Shown here: piece after piece, positions 28,299 to 37,960 of the stretch
How positions within the stretch are numbered: position 1 is the stretch's first letter
Layout of the letters: each line of letters opens with the position of its first letter
IMG/VR virus record: IMGVR_UViG_3300043424_000625
Span: 1-64,000 of that record
Reading direction: 5' to 3' (one strand)
Length of the DNA stretch: 64,000 nt
Source: an uncultured virus (IMG/VR IMGVR_UViG_3300043424_000625)
Taxonomy: Duplodnaviria > Heunggongvirae > Uroviricota > Caudoviricetes
Program-made: the position numbers and the translations under genes
The notes under the pieces: model-generated
The model's input: the letters and a program-made list of their open reading frames with translations, nothing else
Database searches by the model: none
What the model was told of the DNA's origin: nothing

Positions 28299-31200
28299 AT
28301 GTCCAATCTGAACCCGACCGAAAGCTACAATCTTCTGGTTCAGAAGACAAAAGAGGCGATTTCTTCTCACTTTCCTATCGAGGGAAGTAAGCATCGTCTC
28401 GAGCTGGTAAAGCTGGAAGTTGAGGATGACGACGCGACCGGGTCGGCCCAATTCAATCCCAGCAACTACAACAGTCAGCTCGAAGCCAAGATGAACGATC
28501 AGACCTGGGGCCCAGAGCTTGTCGGAAACTTTCGTCTGATTGATAAGGCAACTGGGAAGGTGCTGGATCAGAGATCTCGTACGCTCGCAAAGATTCCTAA
28601 AATCACCACGCGCTACAGCTACATCGTCGGAGGGAACGAGATGCAGCTGGACAGCGTGTTCCGGCTCAATCCCGGCGCGTACCACGCGGAAGCGCAGAAC
28701 GGTGATCTGCTCGCAAAATGGAACGTCGCCGCAGGCAGCAAGGTTGGTTCCTTCGATCTTTACATTGAACGTAAAGATCCTAAGAAGCTCGGCTTGATCA
28801 CGATGACGATCAAGAGCAGCGCGACATCGTCGGTGGAGGTGCCGATCTACCCAATCCTGGTAGCGATGGGCGTTAGCGACGGGCAGATGAAGAGCGCGCT
28901 CGGGGAAAAGATTTTTGCCGTCAACGAGGCCAAGGGTAGCTCGAAGGCGTTGCTTTCCTTCCACAAGGCGGTTGAGGGTCGGCGCGCGGGACCGGACTAC
29001 AAGCCTCCGGAAGTGTCAGCTGCGGCAGCCTATGTAAAGGAGACATTTGAGTCTGCTGAGGTCAGCCCACAGACAATGAAGTCTGCCTTCGGCAAGGAGT
29101 TCTCGTCGATCACGGGCGAAGCCCTGCTACTTTCGGCAAAGAAACTGGTGGACATCAGCCGCGGAGATGTTCCCGAGGATGACCGTCAGTCTCTCACAAA
29201 CAAAAGACTTTTTGGGGCAGAGGACTTCGTCTATGAAGAACTGACAAAGGGCAAGACGATCTATGCGCTCACGCGCAAGATCCGTAACAATGTCGATCGC
29301 AAGGATAGAATCCAGGACATTATTCCCGCATCTGTGTCTGGGTATGGCGCCGCGATCATTAAACCCTTTAAAGCCGGTCAGCTTCCAACGCAGACAAATC
29401 CTCTCCAGTTCCTTTCCAATCATACGCGCACAACCATCTTGGGCGCAGAGTTTGGAGGCATCAAGGGAGACAACGTCAACCTGATGCAGGATAAGCTGAT
29501 CAATCCCAGCCATCTCGGGATGCTTGACCCACTTCAGACCCCGGAAAGTTCGCACACTGGAATCATCCTCCACGTTCCGCTGGGTGCTCAGAAATTTGGG
29601 CACGACCTGATGGCGCAGGTCGTAAATGTCCGCACTGGAAAGATTGAACGAAAGAGTGCCGCCGATCTGGAGCGGGCGGTTGTCGCGTATCCTGACCAGG
29701 CCAAGGTCGAGAAGAAGCCAGATGGAACGGCTAAGGTCACGCCACTCTCTGAGTTTGTCGTTGTATATGACAAGGACAGGAACACAACGAAGCGGGCATG
29801 GAAGGATGTTGACTACATCCTTCCATCCGCAAAGCTCCTCTTCGCAGCCAGTGCAAACCTGATTCCGTTTGTACAAAACGACAATGGCAACCGCGCCATG
29901 ATGGCCGCTAAGCACCAAGAGCAGGCTGTTGGCTTGAGAAACCGTGAGGCCCCGCTGGTCCAGACACAGGCATCTGCGGGATCAACGTACGAGGACATTG
30001 TTGGAGCCACCGCAGCCGTCCTGTCTGATGCGGATGGTAATGTCACTGAGGTTAAAAAAGACCGTATTATTGTTTTGGGTACAGACGGTAAGAAGTACAC
30101 CCACGCCATCTACAACAACTTCCCGCTCAATGGCGCGAAGCACATGCTTCACTCCGATCCGGTGGTTGCTGTGGGCGATAAAGTTCGCCAAGGCCAGCTT
30201 CTCGCCGACTCAAACTTTACGAAGCAGGGAAAGCTGTCTCTCGGAACAAACCTGCGAGTCGCATACATTCCGTATCGTGGGTACAACTTCGAGGACGGCA
30301 TTGTCATCTCGGAGTCCGCCGCCGAGAAGCTTGTGTCGAGCCATCTTCACGTTGCTGAAGCGGAGATGCACCCGAACATCGTCGTCAACAAGAAACTCTG
30401 GCGCCAGTATGCTGGACCCGTAAAGGCGACGCCTGAGATTCTTCAGAAGCTCGATGACAATGGACTTATCCAGGTCGGCCAGAAGGTCGAGCCTGGGGAT
30501 GTTTTGATTGCAAAACTTCAGAAGATGGCAATATCCAAAGACACGGAGGACATCCGTCGTCGCTTGAAGGGCGCGATTCAGGACTACTCCGACGCGTCTG
30601 TGAAGTGGGATCACGAGTACAATGGGACAGTTGCGCGGGTGGTCAACAACGGTCGGCGGATCATGGTCTACATCCGTACTGAACAGACAATGGAGGTCGG
30701 AGACAAGCTCTCCGGCCGTCATGGAAACAAAGGGATCGTGACCAAGATCCTGCCCGACGACCAGATGCCGAAAGATAAGGACGGCAACCACGTCCAGGTC
30801 TTGTTGTCTCCCGCAGGCATTCCCTCGCGTATGAATCCTGGACAGGTTCTCGAGAGCGTGGCGGGTAAGGTGGCCCTAAAGACGGGTAAGCCCTTCGTCG
30901 TCAACAACTTTGATGCCTCTACAGACTACTCTGCGATGGTCAAGGACTTGATGCAGAAACACAGTGTCTCGGATACGGAGGAGCTATTCGATCCTGAGAC
31001 GGGCGAGAACCTCGGAAACGTTCTCGTAGGCAACCAGTACATCTTGAAGCTGGATCACCAGGCGGAGAAAAAGATCTCGGCCCGTGCCGGTGGTTTCGGC
31101 TACGCGTACAAGACCACGGGAGAGGCGTCACAGGGTTCGGGCATTGGAGAGGGAGGCCAGAGAATCGGAGGCCTCGATTCGTACACCCTCCTTGCCTATG

Positions 31201-34200
31201 GTGCAAAAAACAACCTTCGAGAAATGCAGACCTACAAGTCTGACCGGGAGCAGGCAGAGGATGTCTGGACCCGCATCATGCGCGGAGAGCGTCCGCCCCC
31301 TCCGAAGGTTCCTCGTTCGATGGAGCAGTTTACTCACTACTTGCGCGCGATGGGCGTCTACACTGAGCGCAAGGGTAGAGAGTACTCTCTCATGCCCATG
31401 ACGGATAAGCAGACGCTTGCTCAAAGTTCGGGTGCGCTGGCATTCCCTGAGAAAACGCTTGCTGCCAAAGGCTCTCTCACCAAAGAAGAAAAGGGTGGCC
31501 TATTTGACAAGGTTAAGACGGGAGGCCTGGAAGGTACGAAGTGGACACATATGGATCTTGGGGTTCGGATCCCCAACCCTGTGTTTGAAGAGCCCATCCG
31601 TCTACTCCTGAAAATGCCAGACGGGGAGTTTCAAAAGTTGCTGACAGAGTCCGGCTCCGTCGGCCAAAAGTCAGGCTTCGCAGTTCTCGAAGAAAAGCTT
31701 CGCGACCTGGACGTAGACACGGAACTTAAGGCCGCCGAAAAGAAGCTTCAGACTGCAACCGAGAACGAGCTGAATGTAGCCTATAAACGGGTTCGGTATC
31801 TTCGCGCTCTAAAAGAGCTCGATATCAAGCCTGTGGATGCGTACACCAACCGTGTCCTCCCAGTTCTGCCTCCGACACTCCGTAGGGTAAGCATTGGCTT
31901 TGACGGCACGCAGATCATCGATCCCGCCAACAAGATGTACGCAATCATTGGCCAAATGACGCGGCAACTTGAGCAGGCCGAAAAAGAGAAAATGCCTGTC
32001 GGAGAGATCCAGCGCATTCAGGCCGAGATTTACAACACAACGAAGGCTCTGCGCGTCACTGGCATGCAGATGGAAGGAAAGCAGGTTCCTTCTCTGATGG
32101 ACAAGCTTACTGGCAATCAGCCGAAGCAGTCCTTCTTCCAGACGGGAGTGCTCGGGAAGCGACAGGATCTTTCCGGCCGTTCCGTCATCACGCCAGATCC
32201 AGAGATGCCACTTGATGAGGTTGGCGTGCCTCGAGAGATGGCGATGGAAATGTACAAGCCCTTCGTCATCAAGGAACTGTGGCGCAACATGGGCCGTGCG
32301 ACCTCTCCGGGAGAGGCACGCATGATGATCAAGAAAAACCATCCGGCCGCCAACGAGGCCCTTGAGAGGGTGGTTCGAGACCGGCCCGCGCTCATGAAAC
32401 GCGATCCCTCCCTCCACATGTTCTCGCTGATGGCGTTCCGCCCGCGCCTGATTGAGGGGAAGTCGATCAAGATCCATCCCCTCGTCACGGGAGGCTTCAA
32501 CGCGGACTTCGACGGAGACACGATGGCGCTCTATGTGCCCATCACCGAAGGAGCCGTACAAGAAGCCAAGAACATGATGCCCTCGAAGAACCTCTTCTCT
32601 CCGACCAGTGGAGGGCTGATGGTGACGCCGTCTCAGGATTCTGTTCTTGGAATCTTCCAGGCGACGGAGTGGGGCAAGCCGGTTCCGGGTCAGTTCACGG
32701 AGGACCAAGCAATTCAGGCAGTGAGGGCCGGCAAGCTGAAGGTTTACAACGTCATCAAGGTTACGGGTCACAGCAAGCCCACTACGGCAGGCCGACTCAT
32801 GATCAACCGAACACTGCCGGCGCAGTTCCGTGGGGACGAGGAGCTTCTCTACGACTCATCTTTCCGTATGGCCAAGGGAAAGATGAAGAAGTTTGCAACA
32901 AAGATTGCACGGGCGACCCCAGAAGAGTTCGCCAAGATGATCGATGAGTGGAAAGCCCTCGGCTTTAATTTGGCGTTCAAAAATGGGTCGAGTGTGAAGC
33001 TCAATGACTTCCACGACGGATACAAACTCCGCGACGAGATCCTGGCCAAATACAAGAAAGAGGAAGAGGCCGTCCTCAAGGGCGCAGGATCGAAGGCAGC
33101 CAAGGACGAGAAGATCATCTCGATCTACGAGAAGGCCCGCAAGGAACTCAAGGAAGCTGGAGAGGCCCGCTACAACTCCCGTCTGGACAACGGAATGTGG
33201 GACTGGGCACGCTCCGGCGCCAAGGGCGATTGGAATCAGTTTGGCCAGATGGTCATGGGCCCGCTGCTCGTGCAGGATCCACTCAACCGCACAGTTCCAT
33301 TCGCGATCACCAAGTCCTTCGGAGAGGGCCTTCCGGTCTCGCAGTACTATGCGTCGCTTCATGGCGCACGGAAAGGAACCATTGACCGCGCATCGGCAAC
33401 GGCGAAGCCTGGCGCCCTGACGAAGGAGCTAATCAACACGGTCATCGACAATACGATTAAGTCAAAGGACTGCGGAACAGTTCGTGGTGCCCTGCTTTCG
33501 TCCATGGAAGCAGACATCGAAGGACGCTTCCTCGCCGGAGAGGTTCCTCTGAAGGGCGGGGAAACCATCCCCAAGGGAACTCTGATCACTCCTCAACTGC
33601 GGAGTAAGATCAAGAACGACGGCCCCAAGAAGATTCTCGTACGCTCCCCACTCTACTGCAACGAGGTCAAGGGTATCTGCGCAACCTGTTACGGTCTCAG
33701 CGAACGCGGTTCGCTGTACCCAGTCGGCACCAATGTCGGCATCATCGCCGGTCATGCGCTTGGAGAGCCGATCACCCAGATGCAAATGCGTACCTTCCAC
33801 ACGGGAGGCGTCGGCGGAACAAGTGGCGTGGGAGACTACTTCACGGCGGCAGAAAACCTCTTCAAGGTTCCGGCCAAGCTAAAAGGAGAGGCCACTCTGT
33901 CTACGGTCTCCGGAAAGGTCGAGAAGATCGAGTCAGACGCGCTCGGAGGTAAGACAGTCACAATTGCCGGTAAAGTCCACACTGTCCCGTTCACCAACCC
34001 GCTGCTGCCAAACATTCGGGTTGGTGTCGAAGTCGACAAGGCAGAGGCACTCTCTGAGGGGAGAAAGAATCCGCATCACGTCCTCGACATCACAAAGAGC
34101 ATGAGCGCAGTTCGCATGCACCTCGCGGACTCTCTCAACGAGCTTTACGTGGAGACGACGGGGAACGAGAGGAGACGCAACATCGAGACAGTGATTCGCG

Positions 34201-34649
34201 CGATGACGGACCTCACTCGTGTGGATGATCCTGGGGACGATCACGCCTACCTGCGTGGGCAGCTTGTCCCCCTCTCCGAGATCGAGCGGAAGAACAAGGA
34301 ACTGCGCGCAATGAACAAGCGCGAGATCAAGCACTCGCCACAGCTCAAGCCTCTGGACAAGATGCCTCTCGCAGGGCAAGAAGACTGGATGGCGAGGCTA
34401 AACTTCCAGCGTCTCCAGGAGACGTACACCGAAGGTGCAGCACAGAACTGGAAGTCTGACATTCACGGACACCCGATTCCGGGCATCGCGCACGGGGCAG
34501 AGTTCGGACTTGAGCCTCCGGGCTCAACAAAGCTCCCCAATGCCCCAGGCGTGCCTGATAGAATGACGAACATACCGAAGCCTGGTCAAGTGCCCACGCC
34601 GGCCCCGCAAGCTCCGCAAAAGTCACCCGGCTTCTTCTCCTTCCTTTGA
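28299..34649 (+). CDS. rpoBC: Single-polypeptide multisubunit-type RNA polymerase (beta-beta' fusion)
   Basis: Beta motifs GYNFEDGI, GDKLSGRHGNKG, PSRMNPGQ, LKLDH, GGQRIG; beta' motifs VLPP.LR, LGKR.D.SGRSVI, NADFDGD, GARKG..D bridge helix, GEP.TQM.MRTFH trigger loop. Confidence 0.95.
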   Translation: MSNLNPTESYNLLVQKTKEAISSHFPIEGSKHRLELVKLEVEDDDATGSAQFNPSNYNSQLEAKMNDQTWGPELVGNFRLIDKATGKVLDQRSRTLAKIPKITTRYSYIVGGNEMQLDSVFRLNPGAYHAEAQNGDLLAKWNVAAGSKVGSFDLYIERKDPKKLGLITMTIKSSATSSVEVPIYPILVAMGVSDGQMKSALGEKIFAVNEAKGSSKALLSFHKAVEGRRAGPDYKPPEVSAAAAYVKETFESAEVSPQTMKSAFGKEFSSITGEALLLSAKKLVDISRGDVPEDDRQSLTNKRLFGAEDFVYEELTKGKTIYALTRKIRNNVDRKDRIQDIIPASVSGYGAAIIKPFKAGQLPTQTNPLQFLSNHTRTTILGAEFGGIKGDNVNLMQDKLINPSHLGMLDPLQTPESSHTGIILHVPLGAQKFGHDLMAQVVNVRTGKIERKSAADLERAVVAYPDQAKVEKKPDGTAKVTPLSEFVVVYDKDRNTTKRAWKDVDYILPSAKLLFAASANLIPFVQNDNGNRAMMAAKHQEQAVGLRNREAPLVQTQASAGSTYEDIVGATAAVLSDADGNVTEVKKDRIIVLGTDGKKYTHAIYNNFPLNGAKHMLHSDPVVAVGDKVRQGQLLADSNFTKQGKLSLGTNLRVAYIPYRGYNFEDGIVISESAAEKLVSSHLHVAEAEMHPNIVVNKKLWRQYAGPVKATPEILQKLDDNGLIQVGQKVEPGDVLIAKLQKMAISKDTEDIRRRLKGAIQDYSDASVKWDHEYNGTVARVVNNGRRIMVYIRTEQTMEVGDKLSGRHGNKGIVTKILPDDQMPKDKDGNHVQVLLSPAGIPSRMNPGQVLESVAGKVALKTGKPFVVNNFDASTDYSAMVKDLMQKHSVSDTEELFDPETGENLGNVLVGNQYILKLDHQAEKKISARAGGFGYAYKTTGEASQGSGIGEGGQRIGGLDSYTLLAYGAKNNLREMQTYKSDREQAEDVWTRIMRGERPPPPKVPRSMEQFTHYLRAMGVYTERKGREYSLMPMTDKQTLAQSSGALAFPEKTLAAKGSLTKEEKGGLFDKVKTGGLEGTKWTHMDLGVRIPNPVFEEPIRLLLKMPDGEFQKLLTESGSVGQKSGFAVLEEKLRDLDVDTELKAAEKKLQTATENELNVAYKRVRYLRALKELDIKPVDAYTNRVLPVLPPTLRRVSIGFDGTQIIDPANKMYAIIGQMTRQLEQAEKEKMPVGEIQRIQAEIYNTTKALRVTGMQMEGKQVPSLMDKLTGNQPKQSFFQTGVLGKRQDLSGRSVITPDPEMPLDEVGVPREMAMEMYKPFVIKELWRNMGRATSPGEARMMIKKNHPAANEALERVVRDRPALMKRDPSLHMFSLMAFRPRLIEGKSIKIHPLVTGGFNADFDGDTMALYVPITEGAVQEAKNMMPSKNLFSPTSGGLMVTPSQDSVLGIFQATEWGKPVPGQFTEDQAIQAVRAGKLKVYNVIKVTGHSKPTTAGRLMINRTLPAQFRGDEELLYDSSFRMAKGKMKKFATKIARATPEEFAKMIDEWKALGFNLAFKNGSSVKLNDFHDGYKLRDEILAKYKKEEEAVLKGAGSKAAKDEKIISIYEKARKELKEAGEARYNSRLDNGMWDWARSGAKGDWNQFGQMVMGPLLVQDPLNRTVPFAITKSFGEGLPVSQYYASLHGARKGTIDRASATAKPGALTKELINTVIDNTIKSKDCGTVRGALLSSMEADIEGRFLAGEVPLKGGETIPKGTLITPQLRSKIKNDGPKKILVRSPLYCNEVKGICATCYGLSERGSLYPVGTNVGIIAGHALGEPITQMQMRTFHTGGVGGTSGVGDYFTAAENLFKVPAKLKGEATLSTVSGKVEKIESDALGGKTVTIAGKVHTVPFTNPLLPNIRVGVEVDKAEALSEGRKNPHHVLDITKSMSAVRMHLADSLNELYVETTGNERRRNIETVIRAMTDLTRVDDPGDDHAYLRGQLVPLSEIERKNKELRAMNKREIKHSPQLKPLDKMPLAGQEDWMARLNFQRLQETYTEGAAQNWKSDIHGHPIPGIAHGAEFGLEPPGSTKLPNAPGVPDRMTNIPKPGQVPTPAPQAPQKSPGFFSFL

Positions 34650-34650
34650 G

Positions 34651-34680
34651 GTCACCATGGACAAGATCGCCGCCTACCAA
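34651..34680 (+). repeat. 30-bp leader repeat, copy 1 (second copy 39524-39553)
   Basis: GTCACCATGGACAAGATCGCCGC(C/T)TACCAA, 29/30 identical. Confidence 0.9.
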
Positions 34681-35166
34681 GAAGCTCTACTCCGCAATGA
34701 ACTCGAAAAGAGGGCATCTGTTCTCGTCGAGAGGTACGGAACATGCGATGGACAGCTCCCTGCTCCATACGCGCAAGCATTCATGGAAATGGAAAAGGAG
34801 GCCCTTCTTGCAGATGTCGGCAAGGCCGTAACTGGAGGTGTTTACCGTGCTGGTAAAGCAATTGCAGGTGCGGGAGGTGCGGGTGTCTCAGGTTCTCGGA
34901 CTGGTCTTGGTGGCCGCATGATGGACTGGGCTTCCAGTAGGGGAGGCAAACTGACGAGCGGAGCTACAGACAGACTACTTGCTAATGTTAACCAGCGTGC
35001 GGCAGAACGGGGTCTTGGTCCCGTTTCGCTGAGACAGCTCGACGTGGCGAGAACGCAGGGACAGCAACTGCTGGGTGGGGCGGCCCTTACTACAGCGGGT
35101 GCGGGTGCCCTGGGGACAGGTTATTTAGGGTACAACGCCCTAAAGAATAGACGTCCGAATCAATGA
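34657..35166 (+). CDS. MDKIAAYQ-leader protein with C-terminal Gly-rich hydrophobic helix
   Basis: MDKIAAYQ..ELEKRAS..MEKEA; ends LLGGAALTTAGAGALGTGYLGYNALKNRR. Confidence 0.65.
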   Translation: MDKIAAYQEALLRNELEKRASVLVERYGTCDGQLPAPYAQAFMEMEKEALLADVGKAVTGGVYRAGKAIAGAGGAGVSGSRTGLGGRMMDWASSRGGKLTSGATDRLLANVNQRAAERGLGPVSLRQLDVARTQGQQLLGGAALTTAGAGALGTGYLGYNALKNRRPNQ

Positions 35167-36248
35167 GCAGCTTTCCGCGTAAGCCCATTGACGCACAAAT
35201 TTTCTCTGGGAGGATTATATCTGTCGATCCTTCTCGGTGGACCTGTGTCGTCAGGTGTGATCAGGTTCAGAGAGAATTTGTAACAGGGATCATATCTTCT
35301 GTGTACCAGAGCGCGACCGGCGCCGGTCTGCACTACATGCCGGAGGTAGGATCCCACTGTCTCGTGGCGGTATCTTCTGACCACTCTGGGGCGTACTTAA
35401 TCGCTGGGGCGCCTCTGGTTTCGTCCGTCACAACGGACGGTAAGCCTGGATCATACCACTCAAATCGTCCATACCTTAGTCCCGGAGATATGGCCTGCGT
35501 AGCAGAGGGACAGAATGGAGTATTTATTACCAGAAACGGTACTACTGAACTGCGAGGAAGCGGCCTTTCCCGGATAGTGGCAGAGGGTCGAACGGACACC
35601 CTCACGGTGGTCGCGCGCCACATGATCGTCGAGACAATCGGCTCCACCGAGGAAAAAGTTTGTATTGATAGCGAAGACGCCGGAACCTTCTTTCCGGCGT
35701 TCTACTACGAAACGACCGTTCGAGAATTTGCCCAGTCCCCGTCGTGGTCTGTGCGCAGTAAAGTTGGGTTTACCGAGGCCGATCGAGTAGAGCTAGACGG
35801 CAGTGTCCCAATCCCCGCACTTTCTTCACAGCAAACGACGCTTTATATAGAAGACCCTCTGTTGGGCTTAATTCCTGAAGATGTTATTGCCCTCCGTCCG
35901 TCTTCTCTCGATCCTGCCGCTTGTGTATATTTATTCGAGGTCAACTCCGATGAGGAAGCAGATGTCCCGGATCAATCTCTTTCTCTGAAAGTCGCGAGAT
36001 CCGGCAGCGCCCTCCTAACCTTGGATGGTAAACTTCGGATCGCGCAGGAAACAGATGCGGGAACGGCTCAGCCCGTCATGCTTGGGACAGAGTTCCTGAC
36101 GAAGCTTCAAGCGTCGCTTACTGAGATCAAGGTCGCCCTTAACACACTCGGATTTACGACAGCTGCGACGGATGACCTTCTTAGTGATATTGTAGACTCG
36201 CTCGCCGGACAAGGCTCCTTTCTGTCGTCAGTCCTCGAAGCGGATTGA
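35163..36248 (+). CDS. Baseplate spike/gpV (Gp5 OB-fold)-like protein
   Basis: GRIISVD....CVV...G.GLHYMPEVGSHCLVA OB-fold pattern followed by L.PGD and beta-strand repeats. Confidence 0.55.
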   Translation: MSSFPRKPIDAQIFSGRIISVDPSRWTCVVRCDQVQREFVTGIISSVYQSATGAGLHYMPEVGSHCLVAVSSDHSGAYLIAGAPLVSSVTTDGKPGSYHSNRPYLSPGDMACVAEGQNGVFITRNGTTELRGSGLSRIVAEGRTDTLTVVARHMIVETIGSTEEKVCIDSEDAGTFFPAFYYETTVREFAQSPSWSVRSKVGFTEADRVELDGSVPIPALSSQQTTLYIEDPLLGLIPEDVIALRPSSLDPAACVYLFEVNSDEEADVPDQSLSLKVARSGSALLTLDGKLRIAQETDAGTAQPVMLGTEFLTKLQASLTEIKVALNTLGFTTAATDDLLSDIVDSLAGQGSFLSSVLEAD

Positions 36249-36259
36249 CAGAGGTACGA

Positions 36260-37873
36260 ATGACATCTCTCTTCCTCAAGCCGGTGGATCCGCATAGCTT
36301 CTTCGAGAAGATGGCGTCGATCGCCAAGATGCCGGACGACGATACGAAGTGGCCCGCGCATGTGCTGAGTAACCTGCATCAGCAGCTTCCGTTTCTTTCT
36401 CAGTATGAGATCGACCTCAATATGCAGAGAGTAGAGCCGGAAGCGGGGTTTGCTTTTGGCCATGCGCTTCTGATGGCCCGCAACGATCCGGCCGCTGCTA
36501 CTGCATCAAAAAATCCACAAAATATGGTTCGAATCCCGATCATCGTTGCGGATCGACTCCTACAGCCGTTCCACACTTTTGAGCTTGGAGGGAACGTCTA
36601 TCCGTTGACCGCGGAGCGGATTGAGTCTGCGCTGCTCAACCCCGCAATGTTCCAGGGACCCGCGGATCAACCTGAGCGGCAGAAATCGCTCATCGACCAG
36701 ATGTACCCGCCATACCAACAGCGCCAAGGTTTTGGTCGTGTTGTTGGCGATGGCGCATCGTCCGCGGGCATCAACAAGATCAGCTCAGCACGAACGGGAC
36801 AGCGGAAGTTTGCCTCGGGCTTTGATTCGATGTCGACTGCCGACCTTGAAAAGAAGCGCAGAGACTTGATGACGTCTACGGTACCCTATTACGCCCTTGG
36901 GGTGCCAGCCTTTGCGGGCGGATCCATCGTCGGAGCCACCGCAGGTACGATGATCGATCATTCCATTCCATTCATCGCGAGGAACATGGATGATCTTCCA
37001 GGTCCATTTGCGCGCATGGGGGCAGTCGGAGGCGCGATAACTGGTGTCGCCCTCGCAAAAAACTTAGCTAACGAGTATATTGCTTCTAAGAGAAGAAAGA
37101 TTGACGCTGAACTTGACAGGCGGAGAGAGGAACTTGAGCCTGGTTATCTCGAATCTTTAGAGCCTGAAAAGATGGATAAAGTCAGCTCTGCACGGGAAAT
37201 TTTTCGAAAATTTAAAGAGAACTCAAAAGTGGCTGGGGCGGAAGATGCTCCAAACTACAGGCCTACCGCAGGAGACTTTCGCTGCGAGACTTGCTCGTTC
37301 TTTCGCTCCCTGAGTGATGGATCTGGGTACTGCGAGAGATTTTCTTTCCAGGCAGAGCCGCAGAGCGTATGCGACGAGTTTTCCCAGGCTGGCAGCCTAA
37401 AGCAGGCAATGAGTCCGTATACTAGGTTTGGCGCTGTAGGGGGCGCGCTTGGAGCTGGAAAGGCAGTCTATAACAGAAAAGATGCGTATTTAAACGATAA
37501 AGCCGCGTTGGATCGTGGTGAAATTACTCCCGAAGAGTACAAAAAAAGAGTAAAGCATCACTTGACGTCCTTGGCGGTCAACACCGGAGTCGGTGCGGCG
37601 GCGGGAGCCGGAGGCACCGCAGCCATGAAGCATGTGATCGTTCCTGCGGCCAAGAGTGCCCTTACATCTGGAGCCAGCTTTGTGGCCGACACAGCCTCCC
37701 GCGCAGCTCAGAAAGTAGTCAACGAAACCGCAGACACCGTCCACCGGAGAGCAGACGAGCTTGGCGATGACATCCCACTTCTTCGAACACTGGGGGCAGT
37801 CAAGAAGAAGGATTCTGCCGAAAAGCCGCGCTCTGTCTTCGATCGTCTAAGCGGACTGTTCCGTAGTGAGTAA
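36260..37873 (+). CDS. Modular KxA-punctuated protein (globular N-domain, Gly-zipper modules, 4-Cys module)
   Basis: GAGG RBS before ATG 36260; EKMAS, KFAS, KVSS, KVAG, KQAM delimit the modules. Confidence 0.65.
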   Translation: MTSLFLKPVDPHSFFEKMASIAKMPDDDTKWPAHVLSNLHQQLPFLSQYEIDLNMQRVEPEAGFAFGHALLMARNDPAAATASKNPQNMVRIPIIVADRLLQPFHTFELGGNVYPLTAERIESALLNPAMFQGPADQPERQKSLIDQMYPPYQQRQGFGRVVGDGASSAGINKISSARTGQRKFASGFDSMSTADLEKKRRDLMTSTVPYYALGVPAFAGGSIVGATAGTMIDHSIPFIARNMDDLPGPFARMGAVGGAITGVALAKNLANEYIASKRRKIDAELDRRREELEPGYLESLEPEKMDKVSSAREIFRKFKENSKVAGAEDAPNYRPTAGDFRCETCSFFRSLSDGSGYCERFSFQAEPQSVCDEFSQAGSLKQAMSPYTRFGAVGGALGAGKAVYNRKDAYLNDKAALDRGEITPEEYKKRVKHHLTSLAVNTGVGAAAGAGGTAAMKHVIVPAAKSALTSGASFVADTASRAAQKVVNETADTVHRRADELGDDIPLLRTLGAVKKKDSAEKPRSVFDRLSGLFRSE

Positions 37874-37960
37874 GGCAACAAGGAGCCTTGCCGTAGCACC
37901 CCGGACGGCTGAAGGGTATTGTCGTCTTCTATCGCCTACCTCAGATGAAGTGAGCCCAAA

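Noticed and set aside
28299..34649. Host chromosomal rpoBC or a chimeric assembly
   Set aside because: No ribosomal protein neighbours, highly divergent and reduced sequence, and continuous phage gene context on both sides
37874..37960. Stop-codon readthrough joining 36260 and 37961, or genetic-code reassignment
   Set aside because: Same frame but three stops intervene (TAA, TGA, TGA), and all three stop codons end genes normally elsewhere in the window
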